Origin: Candidatus Nanopelagicales bacterium
GTDB taxonomy: Bacteria; Actinomycetota; Actinomycetes; S36-B12
NCBI GenBank assembly: GCA_044240195.1
Contig: JBIHZX010000001.1
Coordinates: 135,576-199,575, forward strand
Length of the DNA stretch: 64,000 bases
Reading direction: 5' to 3'
This document shows, one piece after another, positions 40,927-49,200 of this stretch (position 1 is the first letter of the stretch; every line of letters begins with the position of its first letter). The position numbers and the translations under genes are program-made. The notes under the pieces were generated by a model. The model worked only from the letters and a program-made list of their open reading frames with translations. It had not been told where the DNA came from and searched no databases.

Positions 40927-42030
40927 CCTCGTAATAGTGAGCCGGGAACGCTCCCTTTCTCGGAGTACTTCCGGTATTACATCTACACCTATTCCAGGGC
41001 CCTGCGGGACGCGTAGATAGCCGTCCTCAAGGACAAAGGGGGCAGTTAGGTCCTCGTGAAAGTAACGAGCTGAAGCGGAAGTGTCATTAGGAAGAGAGAA
41101 CCCAGGTAAGCCTGCTAGGGCAATGTTTGCCGCCCGGCCTACCCCCGTCTCAAGCATCCCCCCGCACCATACTGGAATGCTTCGTTCCTGACAGACATCG
41201 TGTATGCGACGAGACTCGAGATACCCCCCAACGCGTCCTGGCTTAATGTTCACTATGGAACACGCCCCGCGTTCAATGGCGTTCAGGGCAACCTGAGCAG
41301 AAGTTATCGACTCGTCAAGGCAGATGGGAGTGGTTGTCATACTGGCCAACCTCATGTGTTGCTCGAGATCATCTTCAGGATACGGCTGCTCAATCATTAA
41401 AAGATTGAACTGCTCTAAAAGGAGAAGCCTGTTCGTTGTTGTTTCGTCGTAAGCCGTATTGGCATCGACACTGAGAAGTAGGTCGCTCCCGAATTCTTCG
41501 CGTACGGATCTCACCGGTTCCAGATCCCAATTAGGGCGAATCTTCAACTTAATTCGGCGGTAACCTTCTTCAATGTATCCACGAACCTCCTCCATAAGTA
41601 CCGGAACCGATTGGGCAATCCCCACTGAAACTCCGCAAGCCACTTTCTCCCTAGTAGCACCGAGGAAAGCTCCGAGAGAAATGCCTTCAGCCCGCAGGTA
41701 GGCATCGATCACAGCTGTCTCCACGGCAGCCTTTGCCATACGATGGCCAACAATTCCTGCAAACACTCTGCCCAACTCATGCACGTTGACTTCATCCAAC
41801 CGCAGGACCAAGGGGGCTAGGTAGCGTTCGATGACAATCTGGGCACTATCAACAAATTCATTCGTATAGAACGGATCTGCGAGCGCCACACACTCTGCCC
41901 ATCCAACACTGGTCGCTGTACGTACTCGCACAAGAAGGACCTGACGCACGGATTGCGTGCCAAATGAGGTCGTGAAAGCTCGCACCAATGGCATCTCGAC
42001 ACGGATCAATGAAATCTCATCGACTCTCAT
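40912..42030 (-). CDS. Enolase-superfamily N-succinylamino acid racemase / o-succinylbenzoate synthase family protein
   Basis: 372 aa. It resembles, from memory, Amycolatopsis N-acylamino acid racemase. Motifs are KxK RIKLKI, VDAN, IEQP, LDES, NIKPGRVGG and VWCGGMLETGVGRAAN. Confidence 0.9.
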   Translation of the reverse strand: MRVDEISLIRVEMPLVRAFTTSFGTQSVRQVLLVRVRTATSVGWAECVALADPFYTNEFVDSAQIVIERYLAPLVLRLDEVNVHELGRVFAGIVGHRMAKAAVETAVIDAYLRAEGISLGAFLGATREKVACGVSVGIAQSVPVLMEEVRGYIEEGYRRIKLKIRPNWDLEPVRSVREEFGSDLLLSVDANTAYDETTTNRLLLLEQFNLLMIEQPYPEDDLEQHMRLASMTTTPICLDESITSAQVALNAIERGACSIVNIKPGRVGGYLESRRIHDVCQERSIPVWCGGMLETGVGRAANIALAGLPGFSLPNDTSASARYFHEDLTAPFVLEDGYLRVPQGPGIGVDVIPEVLRERERSRLTITRSSIT

Positions 42031-42803
42031 GACCCAAGATCCCCATGATTAGTAAACACGTACACTCCTTCATCCCATAATGGTCGATGACCCTTAGCGA
42101 ATTCCACGGCAAACACATCGCGAATGCGAATCCTCAACTCAAGAGCCTCGGCCATGTTGGAGGCGCGAAGGCCTTCTATATCTGGAGGGATCTCTATTCT
42201 CGTATTCCTTCTATCTTTTTGGCCGTCAAGATCGTGGTCTATGCCTACCTCACCATTCAATTGCCAAGAGACTTCGAATCGATCCGTTCGATCCCCCGCG
42301 TTGATCTTGTCATCCATTCCTAGGTAAAAATCGGGGTGAAAAGCAACAACGCGAGCGCCTAACTTGATCAAGTTGAAATAGGCGTTGCGTGCTACCAGCG
42401 GGTCGTAGGTCCAGCGGATTTCAGTCACTCCATGTTCAAGGCAAAGTGCCCGCTGGGCGAGCTTCAAAGCGTATCCCACACCCGAAGAGGCGACCCCCGG
42501 TGAAACTGCCGTCATGTGGGAATGGAGGTGCAAACTACCCGCCCATCCCATGTACCCAAATGCAAATCCGACTGCTACCCCAGATTTTCGTGCAAGTAGT
42601 AAAGAATTTCCCGCATGTGCAATTCCTCTTAGTAAGTTGGAGGGACTAACTTGATCGGGTCCCCATACCTGATCTATTAGCATCTCAATCTCTCTTACAT
42701 CCGTCCCGTTTAGATTGTCTATAACAACCCCGGCACGAGCGCTGGCCGACAACGATTCTTCACGCGCAGCTGACACATGCGACTCATTCACAGCATGAAT
42801 CAT
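42027..42803 (-). CDS. GNAT-superfamily acyltransferase (COG3375-like)
   Basis: The start is set at the ATG at 42803 (MIHAVNES...), in an ATGA overlap with the deacylase stop. The acyl-CoA loop reads SSGVGYALKLAQR. The stop is in an ATGA overlap with the racemase start. Confidence 0.7.
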   Translation of the reverse strand: MIHAVNESHVSAAREESLSASARAGVVIDNLNGTDVREIEMLIDQVWGPDQVSPSNLLRGIAHAGNSLLLARKSGVAVGFAFGYMGWAGSLHLHSHMTAVSPGVASSGVGYALKLAQRALCLEHGVTEIRWTYDPLVARNAYFNLIKLGARVVAFHPDFYLGMDDKINAGDRTDRFEVSWQLNGEVGIDHDLDGQKDRRNTRIEIPPDIEGLRASNMAEALELRIRIRDVFAVEFAKGHRPLWDEGVYVFTNHGDLGS

Positions 42804-44389
42804 GTCGAATTCCTCACTAACCTGCGCCCCCTTCGGGCACCTGCATATGATCCGGCGACCACAACCTCGGACCCGTTCAGCATCACCCACGGAATACCCG
42901 TCGGGGTTTGCACAGGATTCTCAAATGTCGCCGTATCTTGCACCCCCCTCTGATCGAAAGCGACAAGGTCAGCTTTCATGCCAGCTGCGATCCTGCCGCG
43001 ATCGTGTAAACCAAAGGTGTCTGCGGGCAGAGAGGTCATTCGGCGAACTGCCTCTTCCATCGATAGAACTCCTAGCTCTCTTGCAAAACGTCCAAGAATC
43101 CGTGGGAAAGTCCCATAAAGTCTGGGGTGGGGTTTGCCCCCCGTACCAGGCGGCAAACCATCGGAACCAATCATTGTTTGCGGATGACTTAGGGCCGTCG
43201 TTACATCGGCTTCACTCATCTGGTGAACGGTCATCGTTGCCTGAAGCTCCTCGTCAATTAGCACCATGCATAGGGCCGCGCAGGGCTCAATGTCATATTC
43301 GATGGCAATCTCTGCCAAGGATTGCCCCTCAAATCTGTGGTCGCCAGTACTCGCGACCACAATGCCCTCCCACCCGGCGCCCATCACCATATTTTCCCAC
43401 TCAAGACTTATTACTGAGAGACTCTCTTCGAGTTCGCGTATTGCCTGAGCATCACGAAGTCGTCGCAAAACGCCTTCGTTTCCACCTTCCTGAAACCATG
43501 GAGGAAGGCAGGCCGTCAGCATTGTGCTTCCCGCGGTGTAGGGATAAATATCCTGGCGAACATCAACTCCACGTGCACGAGCACTATCGATCAAGTCCAA
43601 GGCCTCCTGCATCCTCCCCCAGTTATAGCGACCCGCGACCTTCAAATGGGAAATCTGTACCCGTCGCCCAGTGGCCTCTCCAACAGCGAGTGCTTCTTCG
43701 ATGCTTTGAAAAACTTGCGCCCCCTCTCCACGCATATGCGTCGCGTAGAGGATGCCCGAGGGAAGTCGCCCTACGAGTTTGGATATCTCCGTATGGCCCG
43801 CAAAAACACCGGGTGGATAAATCAGGCCTGTTGACATGCCGAAGATTCCAGCGTCAACCGACTCATCTAACGCCCTACCCATGGCAGATTCCTCACCCAG
43901 TGAGGGATTACGATTTTCCATGCCCATGGCCAGAATGCGAAGCGTGTGATGACCAACCATCGGCGCGTAGTTGGTCACGTAGCCGCGCATATCTAGTGCT
44001 TCAAAAAAATCGCCCATTGATGTCCAGCCCCAGTCCAAGGGCGGAAAGATTCGAGTGGCATATTCCCGCATAATATCCTCGTGCTGATATTGAAGAGGAG
44101 CCAAACTAAACCCACAGTTACCGACAACCTCTGTAGTGACACCTTGCATTATTTTAGAGACGTCGTCTTCATCCAAAAGTGGAGCGTTGTCAGCGTGTGA
44201 ATGAACGTCAATAAATCCCGGCGCAACAACGAGTCCGGTTAAATCAATTGGAGAGCAGTCTCCGGGTATTCCAGCACCATCGGGGATGACTGCCTCGATC
44301 AAATCCCCATCCAAGATCAAAGTGCCCTTGCGCGCTGAGTCTCCTGATCCGTCTGCAATTAAGGCATTAAGTATCGCTATTCGTGTCAT
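42800..44389 (-). CDS. N-acyl-D-amino-acid deacylase (D-aminoacylase) family amidohydrolase
   Basis: 529 aa. It has the metal motif GFIDVHSHAD and VVGNCGFS, whose Cys matches the Cys ligand of characterised D-aminoacylases. Confidence 0.85.
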   Translation of the reverse strand: MTRIAILNALIADGSGDSARKGTLILDGDLIEAVIPDGAGIPGDCSPIDLTGLVVAPGFIDVHSHADNAPLLDEDDVSKIMQGVTTEVVGNCGFSLAPLQYQHEDIMREYATRIFPPLDWGWTSMGDFFEALDMRGYVTNYAPMVGHHTLRILAMGMENRNPSLGEESAMGRALDESVDAGIFGMSTGLIYPPGVFAGHTEISKLVGRLPSGILYATHMRGEGAQVFQSIEEALAVGEATGRRVQISHLKVAGRYNWGRMQEALDLIDSARARGVDVRQDIYPYTAGSTMLTACLPPWFQEGGNEGVLRRLRDAQAIRELEESLSVISLEWENMVMGAGWEGIVVASTGDHRFEGQSLAEIAIEYDIEPCAALCMVLIDEELQATMTVHQMSEADVTTALSHPQTMIGSDGLPPGTGGKPHPRLYGTFPRILGRFARELGVLSMEEAVRRMTSLPADTFGLHDRGRIAAGMKADLVAFDQRGVQDTATFENPVQTPTGIPWVMLNGSEVVVAGSYAGARRGRRLVRNST

Positions 44390-44400
44390 ATTTGACTCTC

Positions 44401-45300
44401 TCAGGCTCGTGAAATGGGATTAACGACAGGGCAATCGCCCATGGATTCAGGCCACCAGGCGCGTAGAATCGCCCTACCTATTAATCCATTCGCAACATCG
44501 CCTTCCGATTCGGTAAGGAAAGTAAGGTCACTTCCTTCATGGTTCGCTACGCAGTAAGTGAATCCGCCCTGCCCGGGGAATCGAATAATCCCTGCATCGA
44601 CTCTGGTGCCCAAGAAGAATCCAGTCTTGTTGGCCACCATGATTTCCGGAATTTGACCGAGCTCTCTCCAATAAGGGGTGACGCGCATATACCTTGGAAA
44701 CTGGTTGAGATACTGCTGCTGTTCCAAGATTGACTCCATCTCTTCGCACAGCCTTGCATCGACAATAGACCGAAGAGCGATCATTTCCATCAAGGTGCGG
44801 AGGTCTCTTGGGCTCGCCACGCCAAGCCTTCGAATATCATCGCCGATTGCCTCGAAATCGATTCGGTTGTTGAGTCGAACTGTTGCTAGACCCAAGCCGT
44901 CCATTGCTGCATTGACAGTCGCAACGTCGCCCCCAAAGGCATCCAGCACCATGTTGGTCGCGGTGTTGTCGCTGAGCACCACCATTAGGGTTGCAACATC
45001 ACGAACAGTTGGCTCCAGGCCTGATTCAAAAACCTTGAGTATTCCCGATCCACCACGTTTATCAGAATCCTCAAGGGTCAATCGAGAATCCAGTGAGACC
45101 TTACCCAAAGCGGCTAATTCATAAAGTGCAACCAATATTGGGACCTTGATTACGCTTGCCATGGGAAAAACTAAATCAGAATCAATGTCTACCTCCTGCA
45201 TCCCGCTCAGACTCCGAGCAGAAACTGCCATGATTCCTGAGAACTCTCCAATAATTTCGTTAAGTTCGTTTTCCAGCTCACGGGTCATTGCGTACTCCAT
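44401..45300 (-). CDS. Class A beta-lactamase-fold serine hydrolase, no signal peptide
   Basis: 299 aa. It has SxxK (ASVIKV), SDN (LSDNTATN) and KTG (ANKTGF). The N-terminus MEYAMTRELENELNEIIGEF is acidic and not secretory. Confidence 0.8.
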   Translation of the reverse strand: MEYAMTRELENELNEIIGEFSGIMAVSARSLSGMQEVDIDSDLVFPMASVIKVPILVALYELAALGKVSLDSRLTLEDSDKRGGSGILKVFESGLEPTVRDVATLMVVLSDNTATNMVLDAFGGDVATVNAAMDGLGLATVRLNNRIDFEAIGDDIRRLGVASPRDLRTLMEMIALRSIVDARLCEEMESILEQQQYLNQFPRYMRVTPYWRELGQIPEIMVANKTGFFLGTRVDAGIIRFPGQGGFTYCVANHEGSDLTFLTESEGDVANGLIGRAILRAWWPESMGDCPVVNPISRA

Positions 45301-45340
45301 ATTCCAAGTGCATAAACAGTGAATGAATTTGGCTGGGCGT

Positions 45341-45381
45341 GCGGCTGACCCTGATAAAGCGAATCAATCAAGGTCAGCCGC
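45341..45381 (-). other. Intercistronic stem-loop (10-bp perfect stem) between the transporter and enzyme genes
   Basis: gcggctgacc...(21 nt)...ggtcagccgc. No U-tract follows on the transcribed strand. Confidence 0.45.
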
Positions 45382-45407
45382 AACAACTAATCTTTACGGC
45401 CTAATTG

Positions 45408-46613
45408 CTATAGCCCTTCGACGTTGCCTACAACTTGAAGGAAGCCTCCTTTAGAAAGCCATTCATTGTCAGGAACCAGCGCAGGAAGCAACTTGGGCTT
45501 AGTGCTTCCAACGTCGTAATAGTTACCAACGGTGTCCTTGCTCAACACCTGTTGCGGGAACGGGGTCACTTTGACAGTAGGAGTGACACCCAACGCACGG
45601 GCTTGAGCTGCTGCAATTGCATATTGCCCCCAGTAGGAGATGAAAATATCTCCTTCAGCGACCCAACGAGGATCATCGCGAAGTGCATTTAGTCCGCCTT
45701 CGTCACCGCCCAAGCCGCCCACAAGCGTATCGTCATCTCCACCACGGCCGGCATCTTCCATAGCTCGTAGAGCGCCCATGGTTGAGTCGTTATTGACCGT
45801 GTACAAAATGATGTTATTGCCTTCGGGAATACTTGGAATAATATTCTTCACAGCATCAAAACTTGGCTGCAACGTTGACTGTCCATCAAATTGGATCGCA
45901 TTGGCTCCAATCTTTGTAGTCTTTGGAGTAATGGTTGTTGGATCCACCTCTTCCATTCCTAGCATCGGTGCAATCGTCGTGTAAAAGTAGCGGACACAGT
46001 CATTGACCTGCTCGCCGGCCGCTGCGTTCTGACCTATGAGGATCGTTGTGTTGGATGCGTTCCATCCACGATCCTTCGCAATGGCACCAATGATATTCGC
46101 CGACTCTTCGCCAAGTTTCCGATTATCGATATTGAGGAAAGTGCATTCAGCGACGTCTAGATTCATGGCAACGCAAGGGATTCCGCTCTCTCCTAGCATT
46201 TTTCCGACACCCTTGGTCGCTGTCGAGACCGGGTAAATAACGATAGCTGCAGGATTGTCCGCGATCTGGAGTTGAACATTTTCCAGCATCTTTGCTGGAT
46301 CTCCCGCATTGTCGTACCACTTGACTTCCACACCCGTGGCATTGTCCGCAATTTGTTGGTCCAGATTCTTGTGAATTACCTGGAAAAGCGGCGCCGCCTC
46401 CGTATAGATCGACATACTCACGTTGAACGGGTCTGGCAATTGTGCTGTAGCAGCAGTCGGAGACTCCACTGGGGCACTCGACTCAGTGGTGACGTCGGCG
46501 CTGCTGGAAGCAGCGGAAGTGGTTTCCCCTCCTGAGTTTCCGCCACAGGCAGTCACTGTCAGAGCACTCACAGCGATTAGTACACCTAGTTCAATAATCC
46601 TATTTTTTTTCAT
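45408..46613 (-). CDS. ABC transporter substrate-binding lipoprotein (type I periplasmic binding protein, sugar/RbsB-like)
   Basis: 401 aa. A lipobox (LTVTAC) is followed by a Ser/Thr/Ala-rich linker and a PBP type I fold pattern. The RBS is GGTGAGGTGA. Confidence 0.85.
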   Translation of the reverse strand: MKKNRIIELGVLIAVSALTVTACGGNSGGETTSAASSSADVTTESSAPVESPTAATAQLPDPFNVSMSIYTEAAPLFQVIHKNLDQQIADNATGVEVKWYDNAGDPAKMLENVQLQIADNPAAIVIYPVSTATKGVGKMLGESGIPCVAMNLDVAECTFLNIDNRKLGEESANIIGAIAKDRGWNASNTTILIGQNAAAGEQVNDCVRYFYTTIAPMLGMEEVDPTTITPKTTKIGANAIQFDGQSTLQPSFDAVKNIIPSIPEGNNIILYTVNNDSTMGALRAMEDAGRGGDDDTLVGGLGGDEGGLNALRDDPRWVAEGDIFISYWGQYAIAAAQARALGVTPTVKVTPFPQQVLSKDTVGNYYDVGSTKPKLLPALVPDNEWLSKGGFLQVVGNVEGL

Positions 46614-46676
46614 TCACCTCACCTGACCTTCCTTGAATAATCTGTCGGATCCGTTGTTAGAACCGACCTTAATTGG

Positions 46677-47669
46677 CTACACCTTCTTCAGTACTTTCTT
46701 TGTTCTTCGAAACTGACTCAATAACACCGCAATAAGTAAGACAACGCCCGTGGCCATTGTTTGGTAGAAAGAGGGAATGCTCAGCATCGCCATCCCATTG
46801 GACAGAACCCCAAGGAGTAGAACACCCACCAGTGTGCCCGAGACGACACCGACGCCACCTGTCAATGCAGCACCCCCAAGAATGACTGCAGCGATTGATT
46901 GAAGAGCTGAATTGATTCCTGCGGTACCGGAACCTGTAAGCAACTGGCTCGCGAGGATCGCTCCAGCCAGTCCAGCTAACGCTGCTGAAGTCAGATATAC
47001 GGCAAGCGTCACCATATTGACCGGGATGCCAGCGAGTCGCGCCGCTTCGCGATTTCCACCCACCGCATAAAGAGAACGCCCGAAGATCGTATATCTCAAC
47101 ACGAGTGAGGTAACTAGGCAAAGGCCCAAAAACACCCAAATCTGATTGTTCAAACCAAAAATTGATCGACTCGTCAGAATTCCGTCATCGGCATTAACGA
47201 ATGGGATCTGAATTCCACCCGATAAAGTTAGGGCAAGCCCGCCAGATAAATACCAAGTGCCGAGCGTGGCAATGAGCGGGCTTACCTTGGTGTAACCAAC
47301 GAGAACACCATTAATCAATCCGAAAATCCCCGTCGATGCCATTGCCACCAACAACGCCAATGGCATCGTCCACCCAGAATTTAACAGCATTGCAAAAATA
47401 ACTCCGCCCAGCGGTACGGTCCCACTCACTGAAAGGTCAAAGCCCCCAGAGACAATGACTAGCAGCTGGCCCAGAGAAATAACTCCGATAACCGCCGAGT
47501 TTGCAAGTACATTCGTGAGGTTATTAGGCGATATCGATGAACCACCAGTCTGCCACCAAAAAACGCAGATGAGAAGCAAAAGGAATACCAGCAGCATGAG
47601 CGCGCGTCCATTAGTCTCACTCACGACAAACTTATTCTTGGGAATTTCAACTTTAGCGGACTCAATCAT
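46677..47669 (-). CDS. ABC transporter permease (RbsC/CUT2 type)
   Basis: The start is set at the ATG at 47669, 14 nt after the ATPase stop. It is polytopic with the RbsC-like pattern. The track ORF (to 47768) would overlap the ATPase by 86 nt. Confidence 0.85.
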   Translation of the reverse strand: MIESAKVEIPKNKFVVSETNGRALMLLVFLLLLICVFWWQTGGSSISPNNLTNVLANSAVIGVISLGQLLVIVSGGFDLSVSGTVPLGGVIFAMLLNSGWTMPLALLVAMASTGIFGLINGVLVGYTKVSPLIATLGTWYLSGGLALTLSGGIQIPFVNADDGILTSRSIFGLNNQIWVFLGLCLVTSLVLRYTIFGRSLYAVGGNREAARLAGIPVNMVTLAVYLTSAALAGLAGAILASQLLTGSGTAGINSALQSIAAVILGGAALTGGVGVVSGTLVGVLLLGVLSNGMAMLSIPSFYQTMATGVVLLIAVLLSQFRRTKKVLKKV

Positions 47670-47682
47670 CTGCGTGTGCCTT

Positions 47683-49200
47683 TCATAGTAATCCCCCAGC
47701 GGCTTGTAGGGCTTCGACCTGCGAGTCTTCGGTCGGGTTGCAAATTTCATGCACGATTCTTCCCTCACGGAAGATTAGGAGTCGGTCACAAATTGTTACT
47801 GCTTCCTCAATATCTGAGGTCACTACAAGTTGACCGGTACCAGCATCTGCCATTTGGCGCAGGATGTTGTGAAGTTCCACCCGGGCGCCAACGTCAACAC
47901 CACGCGTCGGTTCATGCAGAACGAGCGCAGCAGGTGCCAAGGCAATGCGACTGCCCATCAGCACCTTTTGCTGATTTCCACCAGAGAGTTCAGACACCGC
48001 TTGATTCAGACTCCTGGAACGGAGCAGAGTGACCTTAGCGAGAGTGCGCGCCAGCTCATCCTCTTTCTTCAGGCGCAAAAAACCGAGCCTTGCTAGAGAC
48101 CGCATGACCAATAATGAATATGAGGATTTCACACTCATGATAGAGATGAGCCCTTGAATCTTTCGATCAGCAGGCATGTAGCCGATGGACGCCTTTAATG
48201 CGTCACGAGGTGATTTAGGGACGGGAACTGATCTACCCGCAACCGTAAGGCCGCCACGAACACTCGAGTGCAAACCCCCAAGTGTTTCAGCGAGTGTCCC
48301 AGCCCCGGAGCCCGAAAGTCCATAAACTCCAACAATCTCATTTTTGCCAACAGTAAGAGATATGCCTCGAAGTTGTGGATAATCATCGCGCACCAAAGAC
48401 AACACTTCCAAAATCGGCACGTCTGTAGCTACAGTTGCTGAACTCACTTGCCGTACAGTTTCCTCCCGCCCGAGAATGTGGCTAATTACTTCTGACGGTC
48501 TCGTATCCGAAACGCTTCCCGAAAAAACTAGAGAGCCATTGCGAAGAACCTGCACATGGGAGCAGGCCCGGAATACCTCATCGAGTCGATGAGAGATATA
48601 GACGATTGATGTGCCACTAGCGGCTACACTCTGCATGAGGTCGAGGAGACGCTCACTTTGATCACTATTAAGTGCAGCCGTTGGTTCATCGAGTATGATC
48701 AATTTAGAGCGTCGAGACATCGCTTTCACTATCTCTACAGCCTGCTGGTCGGCAAAACTCAGCGAATACATTTCCGCCCTCATAGGCAAGTCAAATCCCA
48801 GACGCGCAGACTCTTCCGCAGAAGACCTGAGTATTCGTTTGTTCGTAGTCATGAACCCTGAACGCGGCCATCGCCCCAAGCAAATATTCTCAGCGACTGT
48901 CATGCGAGGAACGTAGATCAATTCTTGTGGAATGAGCGAAAACCCATTTATCAATGCCTCTCGAGGAGAGTCAAACCGCAGGCGATCCTCGCCAATGAAA
49001 ATCTCTCCACTATCAGGTTCAACTGCGCCGGCCAAGATCTTGGCTAGAGTTGATTTTCCTGCACCGTTTTCGCCTAGTAAAGCCGTAATCTGGCCGGGCA
49101 ATAAGGAGAAACTCACTTCGTTAAGAACGCTCTGTCCACCATATGACTTGCTCAACTGCCGAAGTTCGATAGGGGGTCTCATGAGCTGGTTATCGTTCAC
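47683..49200 (-). CDS. ABC transporter ATP-binding protein, duplicated ATPase domains (RbsA/CUT2 type)
   Basis: 505 aa. It has a first Walker A GENGAGKST, LSGGNQQK-type signatures and a degenerate second P-loop GLSGSGAGT. The GTG start lies behind GGGGGAGG. Confidence 0.9.
   Translation of the reverse strand: MNDNQLMRPPIELRQLSKSYGGQSVLNEVSFSLLPGQITALLGENGAGKSTLAKILAGAVEPDSGEIFIGEDRLRFDSPREALINGFSLIPQELIYVPRMTVAENICLGRWPRSGFMTTNKRILRSSAEESARLGFDLPMRAEMYSLSFADQQAVEIVKAMSRRSKLIILDEPTAALNSDQSERLLDLMQSVAASGTSIVYISHRLDEVFRACSHVQVLRNGSLVFSGSVSDTRPSEVISHILGREETVRQVSSATVATDVPILEVLSLVRDDYPQLRGISLTVGKNEIVGVYGLSGSGAGTLAETLGGLHSSVRGGLTVAGRSVPVPKSPRDALKASIGYMPADRKIQGLISIMSVKSSYSLLVMRSLARLGFLRLKKEDELARTLAKVTLLRSRSLNQAVSELSGGNQQKVLMGSRIALAPAALVLHEPTRGVDVGARVELHNILRQMADAGTGQLVVTSDIEEAVTICDRLLIFREGRIVHEICNPTEDSQVEALQAAGGLL

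Noticed and set aside
40912-42030. Calling the enolase-superfamily gene menC (o-succinylbenzoate synthase of menaquinone synthesis).
   Set aside because: No other men genes are nearby. The gene is translationally coupled to a GNAT and a D-aminoacylase on an island, which favours the racemase role. OSBS activity cannot be excluded from sequence alone, so the family-level call is kept.
42802-44073. A 423-aa plus-strand ORF, the longest unexplained ORF in the window.
   Set aside because: It lies entirely antisense to the well-supported D-aminoacylase gene. Its translation is Arg/Ser/Pro-rich with no motifs, which is typical of a spurious antisense frame.
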